64,000 nt of DNA from an uncultured Verrucomicrobiae bacterium (GCA_963706955.1 CAVPOC010000014.1:1-64000), one strand, 5' to 3'. Positions 52,645 through 62,544 are shown, counted from the first letter of the stretch. Made by a program: numbers and translations. The notes: generated by a model not told the origin, from the sequence alone.

Positions 52645-55593
52645 ATGGGCGCCAGCGCCAAAGCACTCACAACCCGTGAGTCAAAGACACGGAATTTTTC
52701 TTCTCAGGAAAATAAGCCTGAGCTTTCTTCAGCGACAAACTCATCCGCCGAGCAGATTTTTTTCCTTCAGAGAACGGTTGGAAATCGCGAAGTGGAGCGA
52801 TTGTTGAGATCAGGGGTCCTCCACGCGAAGCCCGCTAGCGGAGCCTCGATCGCCAGGTCAGGCTCTCAGCCATCCGTCACCGCGCTAGAGTTGCGCCCCA
52901 ACCAGCGCGGGATACTGCAGCGCAAGTGCATCTGCGGTGGCGCAGCGGGCCTGTCGGGGGAATGTGATGAGTGCCGAACGAAGAAGCGGTCAGGCCTGCA
53001 AACCAAACTTAAGGTCAGCACGCCGGAAGATATCTACGAACAGGAGGCGGACCGCGTCGCTAATTCCGTGCTAAGCAAACCGGGAAAACCTTGCCTCAGC
53101 GAGGCTTCTCCGCGAATTCAGCGCTTCGCCGCTAATGCCTCTGTCGAGACGAATGCCGCTTCTGCCAGCGTCAGCGCTGCGCTGACAAGTTCCGCCAGCC
53201 CGCTGAATCCCACCTTACGGCAGGACATGGAGCAGCGCTTCGGACACGACTTTTCTCATGTGCGAGTCCATACCGGCGCCATTGCCGGCCATTCTGCAGA
53301 CGACGTGAACGCCCTCGCCTATACCGTGGGACGCAACATCGTTTTTGGTGCTGGCAGGTTCGCGCCAGAGACGCAGGAGGGACGGCGATTGTTGGCGCAC
53401 GAACTCACTCATGTCGTTCAACAAGGGCCTCCTACCGCGCAGAGGTCTCCGATCGCTGGGGACATTCACCATCTTTCGGCGGGCGTATTGCAGCGCGACC
53501 GGAAAGATGAAGGCAAAGACCCGTGGGATAACTTGGACCCGGCAGATCGACAAGAGGTCGCGGAGCTCTACGAAGACTGCCAAAACCTGATTGGCTGGCT
53601 CGCTCGCGCGCAGCAAGGCCACTCAAGTGGCCGCAGGAGCGATTGGCTGAAAGGACTTAACAGAACACTTAACAGGATCGGAGAACTAGATAGCGACGCG
53701 GATATCGACGAAGTCGCGCACTCCTTCAACAGCTATCGGAGGTTTATTGAGCGCAACGTCACCACTTATGCTAATGAATGGGCCAAGGTCAAAAAGCGCT
53801 ATGGGGATGAACGCCAGTGGCTGCTTTCCCGCGCGGCGAGATCAACCGATACCATAGAGGCAGCCAACTACCTGGACGAATTATACAAGCAGGTCATCGA
53901 GTGGCTGGATAAGGGCGCAGCGCTTTGTATAACGGATGAAGAATATCTTACTCTTAAGCAGACGCTAGATCAGGAAAAGCATTTGTGGGTCGGCTCGATC
54001 CGCGGAGCACGCATCCGGGCAAAGCAACTTCGGGACATGATGGACGTGGTGACAGAGCTGCGTCAAAGCGGCGAAGATGCTGAGAAGTTTGTGCCTAACT
54101 GGATGGGCCAGGTGGAAACGGAAACCTCCTATCTCCAAGCCGCGACCACCCGTGCCACCGAAAGCGGCACCTCTGCGGCGCAGTTCTATCCTCAAGAGTT
54201 CTCCGGCTTGAGGCAGGATCTGGAGAGAAGGAAACAGTTGACTTTGGAAGCTCATCCGCGCGAGGTCTCGACGTTGGAAAAGGGCGCGAGCTTCGTGAAA
54301 GGAGGCGTGGGAGCCATCGTCGGCATCTTCGTCGAGGCGGCGAAGCAAGTGGTCGACCTCGTTCAAATACTGCTTCACTTCGTCACGCTGAAGAAATACC
54401 AGCCGCGGTTCGTCAGCGACATGGCCGAGGCTGCGAAACAAGGTAAAACCACGGGTGACCTGTTGAAAGGAATGGTCACTGGCCTGATTGAAACACCGGG
54501 ACGTTTTCTCAAGGCATGCCGCGAGGGAGACTGGGAAGGTATCGGGCGCGAAGCGGTCAATATCTATTTGTTAGCTAAGACAATTAAGGAAGTGCCGGAG
54601 ATGGTCCAAAAGATGCCTGCCTTGGTGGAAAGGACCGCGGCCAGCCTAAGGATCTTGCGCGCGAGAAAGGTCGCGCTCGAATTGCAAAGTGAGGCGCGGA
54701 TGCTACCTAAGCCGCAAGCGCCACCTCAGGCCGGCGTAACGCCGAAGCGACCGATCGGATTTGAGCTGCCACATAATGCGCCGGTCAAACCCGCGCCTGC
54801 CCCGGGGCCCGAGCCGCAAGTCCTCACGACAATCACACCTAGCCGGCCCGTCGCCGGCTTTGGCAGAAAACTTGCACCCAAACCAGAACCGGTCCCGTTG
54901 ACGCCTGGCCAGACTGTCTTCACGGAAATGCCGCGCGTGCGATCGGTGCAGGGGAACCAACCGACCTATGGCAGTGTAACTCCGGCGCTGAAAGGCGAGC
55001 GGCTCGGCGCGCCTACAGCAACGACCAAAAAAGGACCGCCAAGCGGCGAGCCGCCCGTGAATGTCCCCGCGAAACAAGCGGTCCAACCTCCGAAGGACGT
55101 TCCCCAGACAGGCCAGGTGAAATATGAGGTAGGCAATCCGCGGCGGTACGCGGTGAAAGAGTATTTCGAAGGCGAGGCGGGCGTGGGTGGCCACCCGCAA
55201 GCGCGTTATTACGTCGATATGAAGATCGGCAGCGATGGGATCATGCACGGTGACTTCATGTTGCGCGGAGGCGGCTACCGGTCGGGTTCGCTTTTTGGGA
55301 AAGAGCAATTCATGAAAGCCAAAGCCTACTTCGAGCGGAAACTCGGCCGCGACTCCGTGAAGGGCATGAGGAGCGACTGGGGCGCGGGCGACAACCTCCA
55401 GCTCTTCAATGAACAGTTTAAGATTTCCAAAGGCAAGAGACTCGGCGACGAAGCCGCGATGCGCGAGGCGGCGCAAAAGACGAAAACCGGCGAATGGGCC
55501 CAGGAAGCCGGATTTCGCAGAGTGACGATCGAAAGCTCGCAGCGCGGTGCCGGTGGCGAGTTCACGGAGGTAAAAGTTCGTTTCGAGAAATAG
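52645..55593 (+). CDS. DUF4157 (eCIS core domain) protein with putative C-terminal effector domain
   Basis: LQRTVGN, LQRKCICGG, YEQEADRVA, RFGHDFSHVRVH, ALAYTVG, LLAHELTHVVQQ; Pro-rich linker; distinct C-terminal domain of about 155 aa. Confidence 0.85.
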   Translation: MGASAKALTTRESKTRNFSSQENKPELSSATNSSAEQIFFLQRTVGNREVERLLRSGVLHAKPASGASIARSGSQPSVTALELRPNQRGILQRKCICGGAAGLSGECDECRTKKRSGLQTKLKVSTPEDIYEQEADRVANSVLSKPGKPCLSEASPRIQRFAANASVETNAASASVSAALTSSASPLNPTLRQDMEQRFGHDFSHVRVHTGAIAGHSADDVNALAYTVGRNIVFGAGRFAPETQEGRRLLAHELTHVVQQGPPTAQRSPIAGDIHHLSAGVLQRDRKDEGKDPWDNLDPADRQEVAELYEDCQNLIGWLARAQQGHSSGRRSDWLKGLNRTLNRIGELDSDADIDEVAHSFNSYRRFIERNVTTYANEWAKVKKRYGDERQWLLSRAARSTDTIEAANYLDELYKQVIEWLDKGAALCITDEEYLTLKQTLDQEKHLWVGSIRGARIRAKQLRDMMDVVTELRQSGEDAEKFVPNWMGQVETETSYLQAATTRATESGTSAAQFYPQEFSGLRQDLERRKQLTLEAHPREVSTLEKGASFVKGGVGAIVGIFVEAAKQVVDLVQILLHFVTLKKYQPRFVSDMAEAAKQGKTTGDLLKGMVTGLIETPGRFLKACREGDWEGIGREAVNIYLLAKTIKEVPEMVQKMPALVERTAASLRILRARKVALELQSEARMLPKPQAPPQAGVTPKRPIGFELPHNAPVKPAPAPGPEPQVLTTITPSRPVAGFGRKLAPKPEPVPLTPGQTVFTEMPRVRSVQGNQPTYGSVTPALKGERLGAPTATTKKGPPSGEPPVNVPAKQAVQPPKDVPQTGQVKYEVGNPRRYAVKEYFEGEAGVGGHPQARYYVDMKIGSDGIMHGDFMLRGGGYRSGSLFGKEQFMKAKAYFERKLGRDSVKGMRSDWGAGDNLQLFNEQFKISKGKRLGDEAAMREAAQKTKTGEWAQEAGFRRVTIESSQRGAGGEFTEVKVRFEK

Positions 55594-56508
55594 AAACTGC
55601 GAAGCCACGCTCGCCGACCATGACCAACTTGTCCCCTCGGATCTCTTTTATGGTCCGCCGGTCATGGAGCAAGCCACAGCCACGAGACATCGTTACACTT
55701 GCAGGCCTCGGATCCGGAAGAAACTTTGGAAATCGTCCGCGGTGCGCGCTTTGAGCACCATATTCTTGGCCGCGCAATTTTGATGTGCGGCTCGCGCGGT
55801 AGAGCAGTGGAGGTTTCACCGTTGATAGCGGTCCCTATGATTTTGCCGTTCGCGTTATCGGGAGGTTTCCCGAAAAGCGGCTCTGTGTTGGTCATATGCG
55901 AAGCCTGACGGAACCGGCCTTAGCACGGGACGCTTTTTGTCCACCACCCGCCGGTTCGCTTCGTTCTTGACCATGTCGTGCCGATCCCGTTCGCTTGGTC
56001 GAGCACGACGTGTCACGTGGATTCCTTAACGCCGCGAAAGCCGATGTGCTCTGTTCTGGTCGGTCATCCCTGTGGCTGAGCTTCCGGCCAGCCTGCCTCG
56101 CACGACCCGCGTTCTTATCCTACCTAATCGCAAACAAGACGTGAATCCCAGCTCGGCGTTGCTTTACCGCGACAAGCACGTGAGCCAACGCCATCGCCAG
56201 GAGATGCCTCCGCCACCGTTTACCAGATTACCGCAGCCCAGTTCATGAGCCGGTCGGATATAATGCTGCGAACGAACAGCACCTGCATTTAGAGAATTGG
56301 CAGAAAAACTAGTTGGGTCGATGTGCTGCAGCCTGTGTTGGCTCGCCAAAATACAAGAGCTTAAACTGATGCAACGGGACGACTAGGACCAAAGTCCAAT
56401 AGCCATCGCTATCCCGTTTGCTGCAAAAGACGGGCGTATGCACGAGGAGCAGCCCGCGCATTCACAATCAACAGACAACGTAAAGAGCAACCAAACCATA
56501 CAAGTCCT

Positions 56509-56859
56509 ATGATGATTCGAGGAAACATCCAGCGTGTGCTTACAGTGGGCCTCGGGTGTGTCGTGCTCGGCTTCACTCACGATCCAATTCACGCCAAGGA
56601 AAACGGCTTCGAGGCGGTTTCCGATGCCATAGACGCCTACGTCTACGGCTACCCGCTCGTGACCATGGAAATGACCCGGCGTGTGATGACCAACGTCCGT
56701 AAACCCGACGGCGCGCGCGCGCCGATGGGGCAATTCCTTCGGATGCGCCACTATCCCGATGCCAACTATCGCGACGTGACAGCGCCCAACGCTGACACGC
56801 TCTACACCACGGCTTGGATTGACGTCGGCAAGGAGCCGCGAGGGCAAACTCGCCGTTGA
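56509..56859 (+). pseudogene. Truncated DUF1254 family protein
   Basis: Signal peptide, AYVYGYPLVTM, APNADTLYTTAWID..EP, then a stop; the rest of the domain is absent. Confidence 0.8.
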
Positions 56860-56977
56860 ATTCTTCGGCGTATTCGCGGGACTTTGGACTAAAGTCCTGA
56901 GCCTTTGACCCGGAGCTTGGCCCTTTTCTAGGTTTTCATCGGCTCACGAGTAGGTAAGCAACAACAATTACAACATT

Positions 56978-56994
56978 GCTCCTGAGGTAGGATT
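56978..56994 (-). mobile_element. att-like duplicate of the tRNA-Asn 3' end
   Basis: gctcctgaggtaggatt is identical to 59668-59684. Confidence 0.65.
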
Positions 56995-57071
56995 TGTAGG
57001 CGTCTCTCGTTGTTTTCAAGGTTGCACGCTCGGGCCGCGCGCATCCCGATCGCGGACAGCAAACGACAAAG

Positions 57072-57150
57072 TCCGATTCGAACGAAGCATTGGCGAAGAT
57101 GGCGCAGAATCCGGTGGCCAACCTGATCAGCGTGCCCGTCCAATGGAACA
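57072..57150 (+). pseudogene. Fragment of a conserved secreted/outer-membrane hypothetical protein
   Basis: SDSNEALAKMAQNPVANLISVPVQWN is a recognisable family N-terminus; no intact ORF. Confidence 0.5.
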
Positions 57151-57293
57151 GGGACCTTTGAGCGGCTCGATGACATCGCTAATTGTTTACCGCGTCTTGG
57201 CATCAAAGGCGATCAGGCTGCCTTCTTTTTTGGTGCGGCTGCGAGTGTAAGCCCTTGAAACCTATTACTAATTTTATAATCAAACACCCATCG

Positions 57294-58694
57294 ATGAAAT
57301 CGTTTCCCCTCTTGCCCAGAATCTTCACGCCCCTTGCAATCACCATCGTCCTATCCGGGTGCGTGAACCCGATCAACCCGCTCGGACGTTTCGATCCCGC
57401 CCCGAAAGTCCCCGGCACCCGGCCCGCGCCGAAGGCCTCCGAGAAATTTGCTTGGGGCATCTCGACCGCGAGCTATCAATACGAAGACCCCGCTGTGAAG
57501 CCTGGGCAACCAAATTATTTTTCGACCGACTGGGACGTCCTCGTCTCGAAGCGCAAGGCTCCGCCGCGCGGGAACGCGCTCTATAGTTGGTCGAATTTCG
57601 AGAAGGACCTCGACGCGCTGAAAAAAATCCGTCCCACGCACTATCGCTTCAGCATCGAATGGGCGCGCGTTGAACCGAAGCCGGGGGTCTACAACGAGAA
57701 GGCTGTGCGCGGATACGTCGAGATGGCGCGCAGGCTCAAGGCCCTCGGCATTGAGCCCGTCGTCTGCCTCTGGCACTTTACCTTCCCCGAATGGCTCTAT
57801 GACAAAGAGCATCCCGGCCAATCCAACTGGCTCCATCCCCAGGTGCGCGAACGGTGGAATGTCTACGTCGAGAAAATGGTGCGCGCCACCTCACCCTACG
57901 TGAAGTATTACGCTCCGCAGAACGAGCCCAACGGCCAGATCACCACCGCCTACCTCGTCGGCCAATGGCCACCCGCCATGACCCTCGCGGTGGACCATTA
58001 CTGGAAGGCGATCGAGGCCAGCACGGGCATGTTCCGTGACGCGGCGGCGCGCATCAAGTCGATTAAACCCTCCGCAAAGGTCGTAAGCGTCGAGGCGCTG
58101 CCGTGGTGGCAGCGCGCGCCGCTCGACCCGGGAGGGCTCATCTACAACACGATGATTCACGGCAACACCGATCACCTCGACCGGGTGTATGATGTCTGCG
58201 ACATTCTCGGCATCAATTATTACTACTCGCAGGCCCCCGGCCCGATCTCGCTTTTGGCGGGACCATCCATCCGCGGCCGACATTTCACCATGATGGGTTG
58301 GCGGATCGATCCTGGCGGTCTTTACAAGGAAATCCAGCGCGTCGCCACCCGCTATGGCAAGCCCATGATGATCACCGAGAATGGCATCGCCACGTCCAAC
58401 GACTCGAAGCGCGAATGGTACATGCAAAACCACCTCGCCGCCATCGGGCGCGCCATCCACGACGGCTACGACGTGCGCGGCTACTTCGCATGGTCGCTGG
58501 CCGACAACTACGAGTGGCACTACGGATACAAGGCGACCTTCGGCCTTGCGAAAATGGACCCCGCCACGAAGGACCGCCTCCTCAAGCCCTCCGCTGACAA
58601 ATTCGCGCAAATCATTCGATCGCATCCTACGGTGGGCTCGGTCGCAGGCATTCAGCCCCAACGAGAATACCAACTCGCTCCCACGCAACATTGA
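57294..58694 (+). CDS. Glycoside hydrolase family 1, predicted lipoprotein
   Basis: Lipobox LSGC; YRFSIEWAR, NEP, ITENG, WSLADNYEW. Confidence 0.9.
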   Translation: MKSFPLLPRIFTPLAITIVLSGCVNPINPLGRFDPAPKVPGTRPAPKASEKFAWGISTASYQYEDPAVKPGQPNYFSTDWDVLVSKRKAPPRGNALYSWSNFEKDLDALKKIRPTHYRFSIEWARVEPKPGVYNEKAVRGYVEMARRLKALGIEPVVCLWHFTFPEWLYDKEHPGQSNWLHPQVRERWNVYVEKMVRATSPYVKYYAPQNEPNGQITTAYLVGQWPPAMTLAVDHYWKAIEASTGMFRDAAARIKSIKPSAKVVSVEALPWWQRAPLDPGGLIYNTMIHGNTDHLDRVYDVCDILGINYYYSQAPGPISLLAGPSIRGRHFTMMGWRIDPGGLYKEIQRVATRYGKPMMITENGIATSNDSKREWYMQNHLAAIGRAIHDGYDVRGYFAWSLADNYEWHYGYKATFGLAKMDPATKDRLLKPSADKFAQIIRSHPTVGSVAGIQPQREYQLAPTQH

Positions 58695-59191
58695 ATGGGA
58701 ACGAAGTAGCTTTAGTTGCGGGGTCCTTTGACGAAACTAGGCGGGCGACCATCGGAGTTGTGTCGCGCAGAACAGCTCGCAGAATCAGTGAGTGTGAACT
58801 TCCGACATCTGAGACGACGCTTGCCAACGGGCGTGAAAGACCCCGGAGGGTGTTACCGCTCTATCTCTATCTTCATCGCCGTCTGATCCAACTGTGAATG
58901 GCTTCGGCAATGCCGCCATGCAAAGCCGAATGCGGGACATCTGCGCGTCGGGTTTGACTGGGGAACGGCAGGTAGTTGTCATTGGGCATAGGCTTCAACG
59001 CCTCTCATCCCGCACGTTTCTCTCTACTCTCCCGGATTCAGAGAACTCCTCTCTTATAGTGAGATCATAACAGACTAGTATTCGGAACCTCACCCAAATC
59101 CCGAAAACAATCCGAAGGACTTCATCCTATTGAGAAGGTTGTCATTGTCGTAGTCCACGGACATAGAGAGGGGTTCGAATCTCAATCGACG

Positions 59192-59684
59192 GGCGCTAGC
59201 GCGCCTCGCCAACGATAAAGCTGTTGGCTCCTGAGGTAGGATTGATTCGGCTGCGCCTCACCCCTGCGGGGCTAACCTGCCGGTCAGTCTGTCTCGCTGC
59301 GCTCGGCTCGAACCCAAGGCTTCGAATCCCAAACAATTGGCGCTAGCGCGCCTCGCCAACGATAAAGCTGTTGGCTCCTGAGGTAGGATTGATTCGGCTG
59401 CGCCTCACCCCTGCGGGGCTAACCTGCCGGTCAGTCTGTCTCGCTGCGCTCGGCTCGAACCCAAGGCTTCGAATCCCAAACAATTGGCGCTAGCGCGCCT
59501 CGCCAACGATAAAGCTGTTGGCTCCTGAGGTAGGATTGATTCGGCTGCGCCTCACCCCTGCGGGGCTAACCTGCCGGTCAGTCTGTCTCGCTGCGCTCGG
59601 CTCGAACCCAAGGCTTCGAATCCCAAACAATTGGCGCTAGCGCGCCTCGCCAACGATAAAGCTGTTGGCTCCTGAGGTAGGATT
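59192..59684 (-). repeat. tRNA-linked tandem repeat, 147-bp unit, three full copies plus a partial fourth
   Basis: Units start at 59192, 59339, 59486 and 59633; each carries the last 19 nt of tRNA-Asn (AATCCTACCTCAGGAGCCA on the minus strand). Confidence 0.95.
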
Positions 59685-59740
59685 CGAACCTACGACCAAT
59701 CGGTTAACAGCCGACCGCTCTACCACTGAGCTACTCAGGA
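59666..59740 (-). tRNA. tRNA-Asn(GTT)
   Basis: TCCTGAGTAGCTCAGTGGTAGAGCGGTCGGCTGTTAACCGATTGGTCGTAGGTTCGAATCCTACCTCAGGAGCCA: full cloverleaf with encoded CCA. Confidence 0.97.
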
Positions 59741-59756
59741 TTACGGAAGGATCAAG

Positions 59757-59791
59757 TCGGCTAGCAAAAGCGCAAACCGCTACCTTGTCAA
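59757..59791 (-). promoter_or_regulatory. Candidate tRNA-Asn promoter
   Basis: TTGACA at 59791-59786; the region is conserved upstream of both pseudo-tRNA copies (TTGACA 60203-60198, TTAACA 62746-62741); -10 box unclear. Confidence 0.5.
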
Positions 59792-60076
59792 GGAGGTGGC
59801 GCTTGTTTGGCGAGCCACGTCGCCAAGTTCCCTTTAACCCATTCTCGACCCTTTCCAGTTTTCAAGAAACGTTCTCTTCTCATTGCTTCAGCGCGGGAAC
59901 GTGCGCTTCCGAATAAGCAAGCAGCCACGGACCACGCCGCCGCTTGGTATGAAAACTCCGGCGATTATCTGGATCGTTGTGCTCCACGATTCGCCGGCGC
60001 ACGTCTTCGGTTTGCCCAAGTATGTTTCGCCCGTTGGCTCACTGATGATCGCATACGTAAAGAATCGATCGCTCAC
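59788..60076 (-). pseudogene. GIY-YIG nuclease (YhbQ/UPF0213-like), two frameshifts
   Basis: Joined frames: MSDRFFTYAIISEPTGETYxGQTEDVRRRIVEHN..HTKRRRGPWLLAYSE..SRAEAMRRERFLKTGKGREWV. Confidence 0.85.
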
Positions 60077-60080
60077 ACCC

Positions 60081-60151
60081 TCAAACCTACGATTCGCCGC
60101 GGCGAATTAACAGCCGACCGCTCTATTCGCCGCGGCGAAAGCTACTCAGGA
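60081..60151 (-). pseudogene. Pseudo-tRNA-Asn (5' part) with two palindrome substitutions
   Basis: TCCTGAGTAGCT-TTCGCCGCGGCGAA-TAGAGCGGTCGGCTGTTAA-TTCGCCGCGGCGAA-TCGTAGGTTTGA; 3' end missing. Confidence 0.9.
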
Positions 60152-60382
60152 TCCCGGAAGGTGGAGGTCGGCTAGCAACTAGCGCAAACCGCTTTGTTGT
60201 CAAGGGAACCTGCACGCGACTTGCGTCCTGCTTGAGGCAGATTCGCTACGAGCGCGGCGACTACTTACGGGAAGGTTAATACCAAGAGAGATTGCAAATT
60301 CGCAACTTCGCAAAGAGATTCGGGGGACACTCGGAGAGCAGCACCCTGAGTCGATCGGCGCGAACAGGCAGTCGCCTCTGCC

Positions 60383-61471
60383 ATGAATGCACAGACCCCC
60401 ATCGATAAATTACCAAGAGCGAGTTTAATCCTGCGCTTGGCCACGATCGGCATGGTGATCGCGGGAATTGCTGGTTTGTTCGCATACGCGGGCGGCTGGC
60501 TGACAGCGAACAGACTCACGCCAAAGTCAATGATCGACACCTTCGAAAAAGTGAATGGGCCGCATCCCGGGTTTCGGCGCAATCACGCCAAGGGCGTCTG
60601 TGTGAGCGGTTATTTCGAAAGCAATGGGCGAGGCGCTGCGCTGTCCAAAGCTGCTGTCTTTCGCGCCGGTCGTGTGCCGGTGATTGGACGCTTTGCCCTC
60701 GCGGGCGGGCAGCCCTACGCCGCGGATGTTCCACAAACGGTACGCAGCATGGCGCTGCTTTTCAAGCTCCCCGACGGCGAGGAGTGGCGCACGGGAATGA
60801 ACAACATTCCCGTCTTTCCCGTCAAAACCCCTCAGGCATTTCACGATCAGTTGTTGGCCTCGGCGCCGGACCCGGCAACTGGCAGACCGGACCCGGCGAA
60901 AATGAAAGCCTTCGTGGCCAGTTATCCGGAAACCGCAAAGGCAATGCCTTTGATTGGCAATCGTCCGATCTCGTCCGGGTTCGACAACAGCACTTACAAC
61001 AGCTTGAACGCCTTCCGTTTCATCAATACCAGCGGCGCTGTGGTCCCGGTCCGTTGGTCGATGGTGTCTGTTCAGCCGTTCGAGCCAACCAGCACGGCAG
61101 ACCCCGGAAAGACCGGCAAGAATTACCTTTTTGATGCATTGATCGCGAGCATTCACAGCCACCCGCTGCAATGGCGTTTGGTCGTCACGGTGGGCGAACC
61201 GGGGGATCCCACCGATGATGCGACGATTCCCTGGCCGCCGGATCGGCAGCAGGTTGAAGTGGGAACGTTGACGATCGACCACGTCGAGAGCGAGGAGACC
61301 AGTCCCGCGCGCGACATCAACTTCGATCCGTTGATCCTACCCGACGGCATTGCCGGTTCCGACGATCCGCTCCTTAGTGCCCGATCAGCGACCTATTCGC
61401 AGTCGTTCACGCGCCGTGAAGGCGAGCGCAAACAACCCAGCGCGGTCTCGATCCCCGAAACTGAAAAATGA
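60383..61471 (+). CDS. Catalase-related peroxidase (SrpA-like)
   Basis: GFRRNHAKG, GRFALAGG, MNNIPVF, INFDPLILPDGI..SDDPLLSARS..YS; N-terminal TM segment. Confidence 0.9.
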   Translation: MNAQTPIDKLPRASLILRLATIGMVIAGIAGLFAYAGGWLTANRLTPKSMIDTFEKVNGPHPGFRRNHAKGVCVSGYFESNGRGAALSKAAVFRAGRVPVIGRFALAGGQPYAADVPQTVRSMALLFKLPDGEEWRTGMNNIPVFPVKTPQAFHDQLLASAPDPATGRPDPAKMKAFVASYPETAKAMPLIGNRPISSGFDNSTYNSLNAFRFINTSGAVVPVRWSMVSVQPFEPTSTADPGKTGKNYLFDALIASIHSHPLQWRLVVTVGEPGDPTDDATIPWPPDRQQVEVGTLTIDHVESEETSPARDINFDPLILPDGIAGSDDPLLSARSATYSQSFTRREGERKQPSAVSIPETEK

Positions 61472-62037
61472 ATACGCCAAAACCCCGCACGCAATTCGCC
61501 CTCCAGTCGCGCATCCTCCATTGGATGATGGCCGTGCTGCTTCTGGCCATGCTGTTCATCGGAGTGTCGATGGTCGCCTCGTTGGGAGACTACCATACGC
61601 TCGTCGCGATCCATCGTCCACTGGGCATCATGATCCTGATTCTAGCGGCCATACGGCTAGCAAACCGGATATGCACGACGCTGCCCCCATTCCCGCCTAC
61701 CATGTCCCGTCTGGAACGATTCATGGCTTCGTCATCCGAGAAGTTACTTTACGCTTTGATGTTCGCCCTGCCGCTCGTGGGTTGGGGCATGTTGTCGGCG
61801 GGCCACTATCCAATCGTGATGTTCGGGTCGATTCATCTGCCGCCGATTCTTCCGGCTAATCCGATGCTCTACGCGGTCTTGCGCCAGTTGCACACGATCC
61901 TGGCGTATCTGTTGTTCGCGACATTTCTCGCCCATCTCAGCGCGGTGCTGTTCCACACGCTGATCGTTCGTGACCGGCTTCTGGAGCGCATGGCTCTGTG
62001 GCCACTCCGATCACGAAAAAACAAAAGTCAAAGTTGA
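61468..62037 (+). CDS. Cytochrome b561 family protein
   Basis: RILHWMMA, HRPLG, LPLVGW, LHTILAY..AHL..LFH; ATGA overlap with the catalase gene. Confidence 0.9.
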   Translation: MNTPKPRTQFALQSRILHWMMAVLLLAMLFIGVSMVASLGDYHTLVAIHRPLGIMILILAAIRLANRICTTLPPFPPTMSRLERFMASSSEKLLYALMFALPLVGWGMLSAGHYPIVMFGSIHLPPILPANPMLYAVLRQLHTILAYLLFATFLAHLSAVLFHTLIVRDRLLERMALWPLRSRKNKSQS

Positions 62038-62544
62038 TTGCCGAACTTCTGGTTTCCGATGCCCCGAATTGTGCCATTGTCTCTTCCACCGAATCCGGAA
62101 GAAACAAGTGCGAATACCCCGTGCAATACGCCAAGGCTTCGCTTCTTCGATCGCTTTTTGAATTAGACGATCCTCACCGCAGAAACGGCTTTCATAAATG
62201 CTTTTGAGTCGAACTCTCAATTGTCCAGCGCGACGACCAAGCGGTTGCGAGACACGTCGAGGAAATCGGGTCCGGTCGAACTCGTTGTCACCTACTGTTG
62301 CCTTGAATCCGTTTTGCTCCCCTGCAATTCGACCTTGGCATTCAGTGATATTGGTAGCCGACGATCGCCACAAACGTGCCGCACGAGAGCGAGACTGGTC
62401 GGACTCGTCAACTTGGCCGATCGAAGTTACTTAATCACACGATTTTCGGGTTTTCCTGAGCAGCCGTCCAATTTGGAAGGCCGGAACACGAATCTCCGGC
62501 AAAGAACGAACTCAGACCGCTGTGGCTGGCCGCTGCTCAGGCAA

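Noticed and set aside
54703..55608. Long antisense ORFs (also 21071-21961, 57891-58691, 60527-61282)
   Set aside because: Shadow frames of GC-rich coding genes with no recognisable motifs
55620..55908. Immunity gene for the DUF4157 tip
   Set aside because: Only short ORFs without convincing features; cannot be supported
57255..57280. TTGAAA..TATAAT promoter for GH1 (and TTGACG..GATAAT before malE)
   Set aside because: The spacer is only 14 nt
59157..59183. cggacatagagaggggttcgaatctc as a tRNA-Ser 3' att remnant
   Set aside because: Too degenerate; equally explained as the decayed edge of the 147-bp repeat
59192..59684. CRISPR array
   Set aside because: Units are identical over 147 bp with no variable spacers, and no cas genes are present
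59665..59916. ORF MAPEVGFEPTTNRLTADRS
   Set aside because: Antisense translation of tRNA-Asn; the same applies to 59807-60175 and 62522-62746
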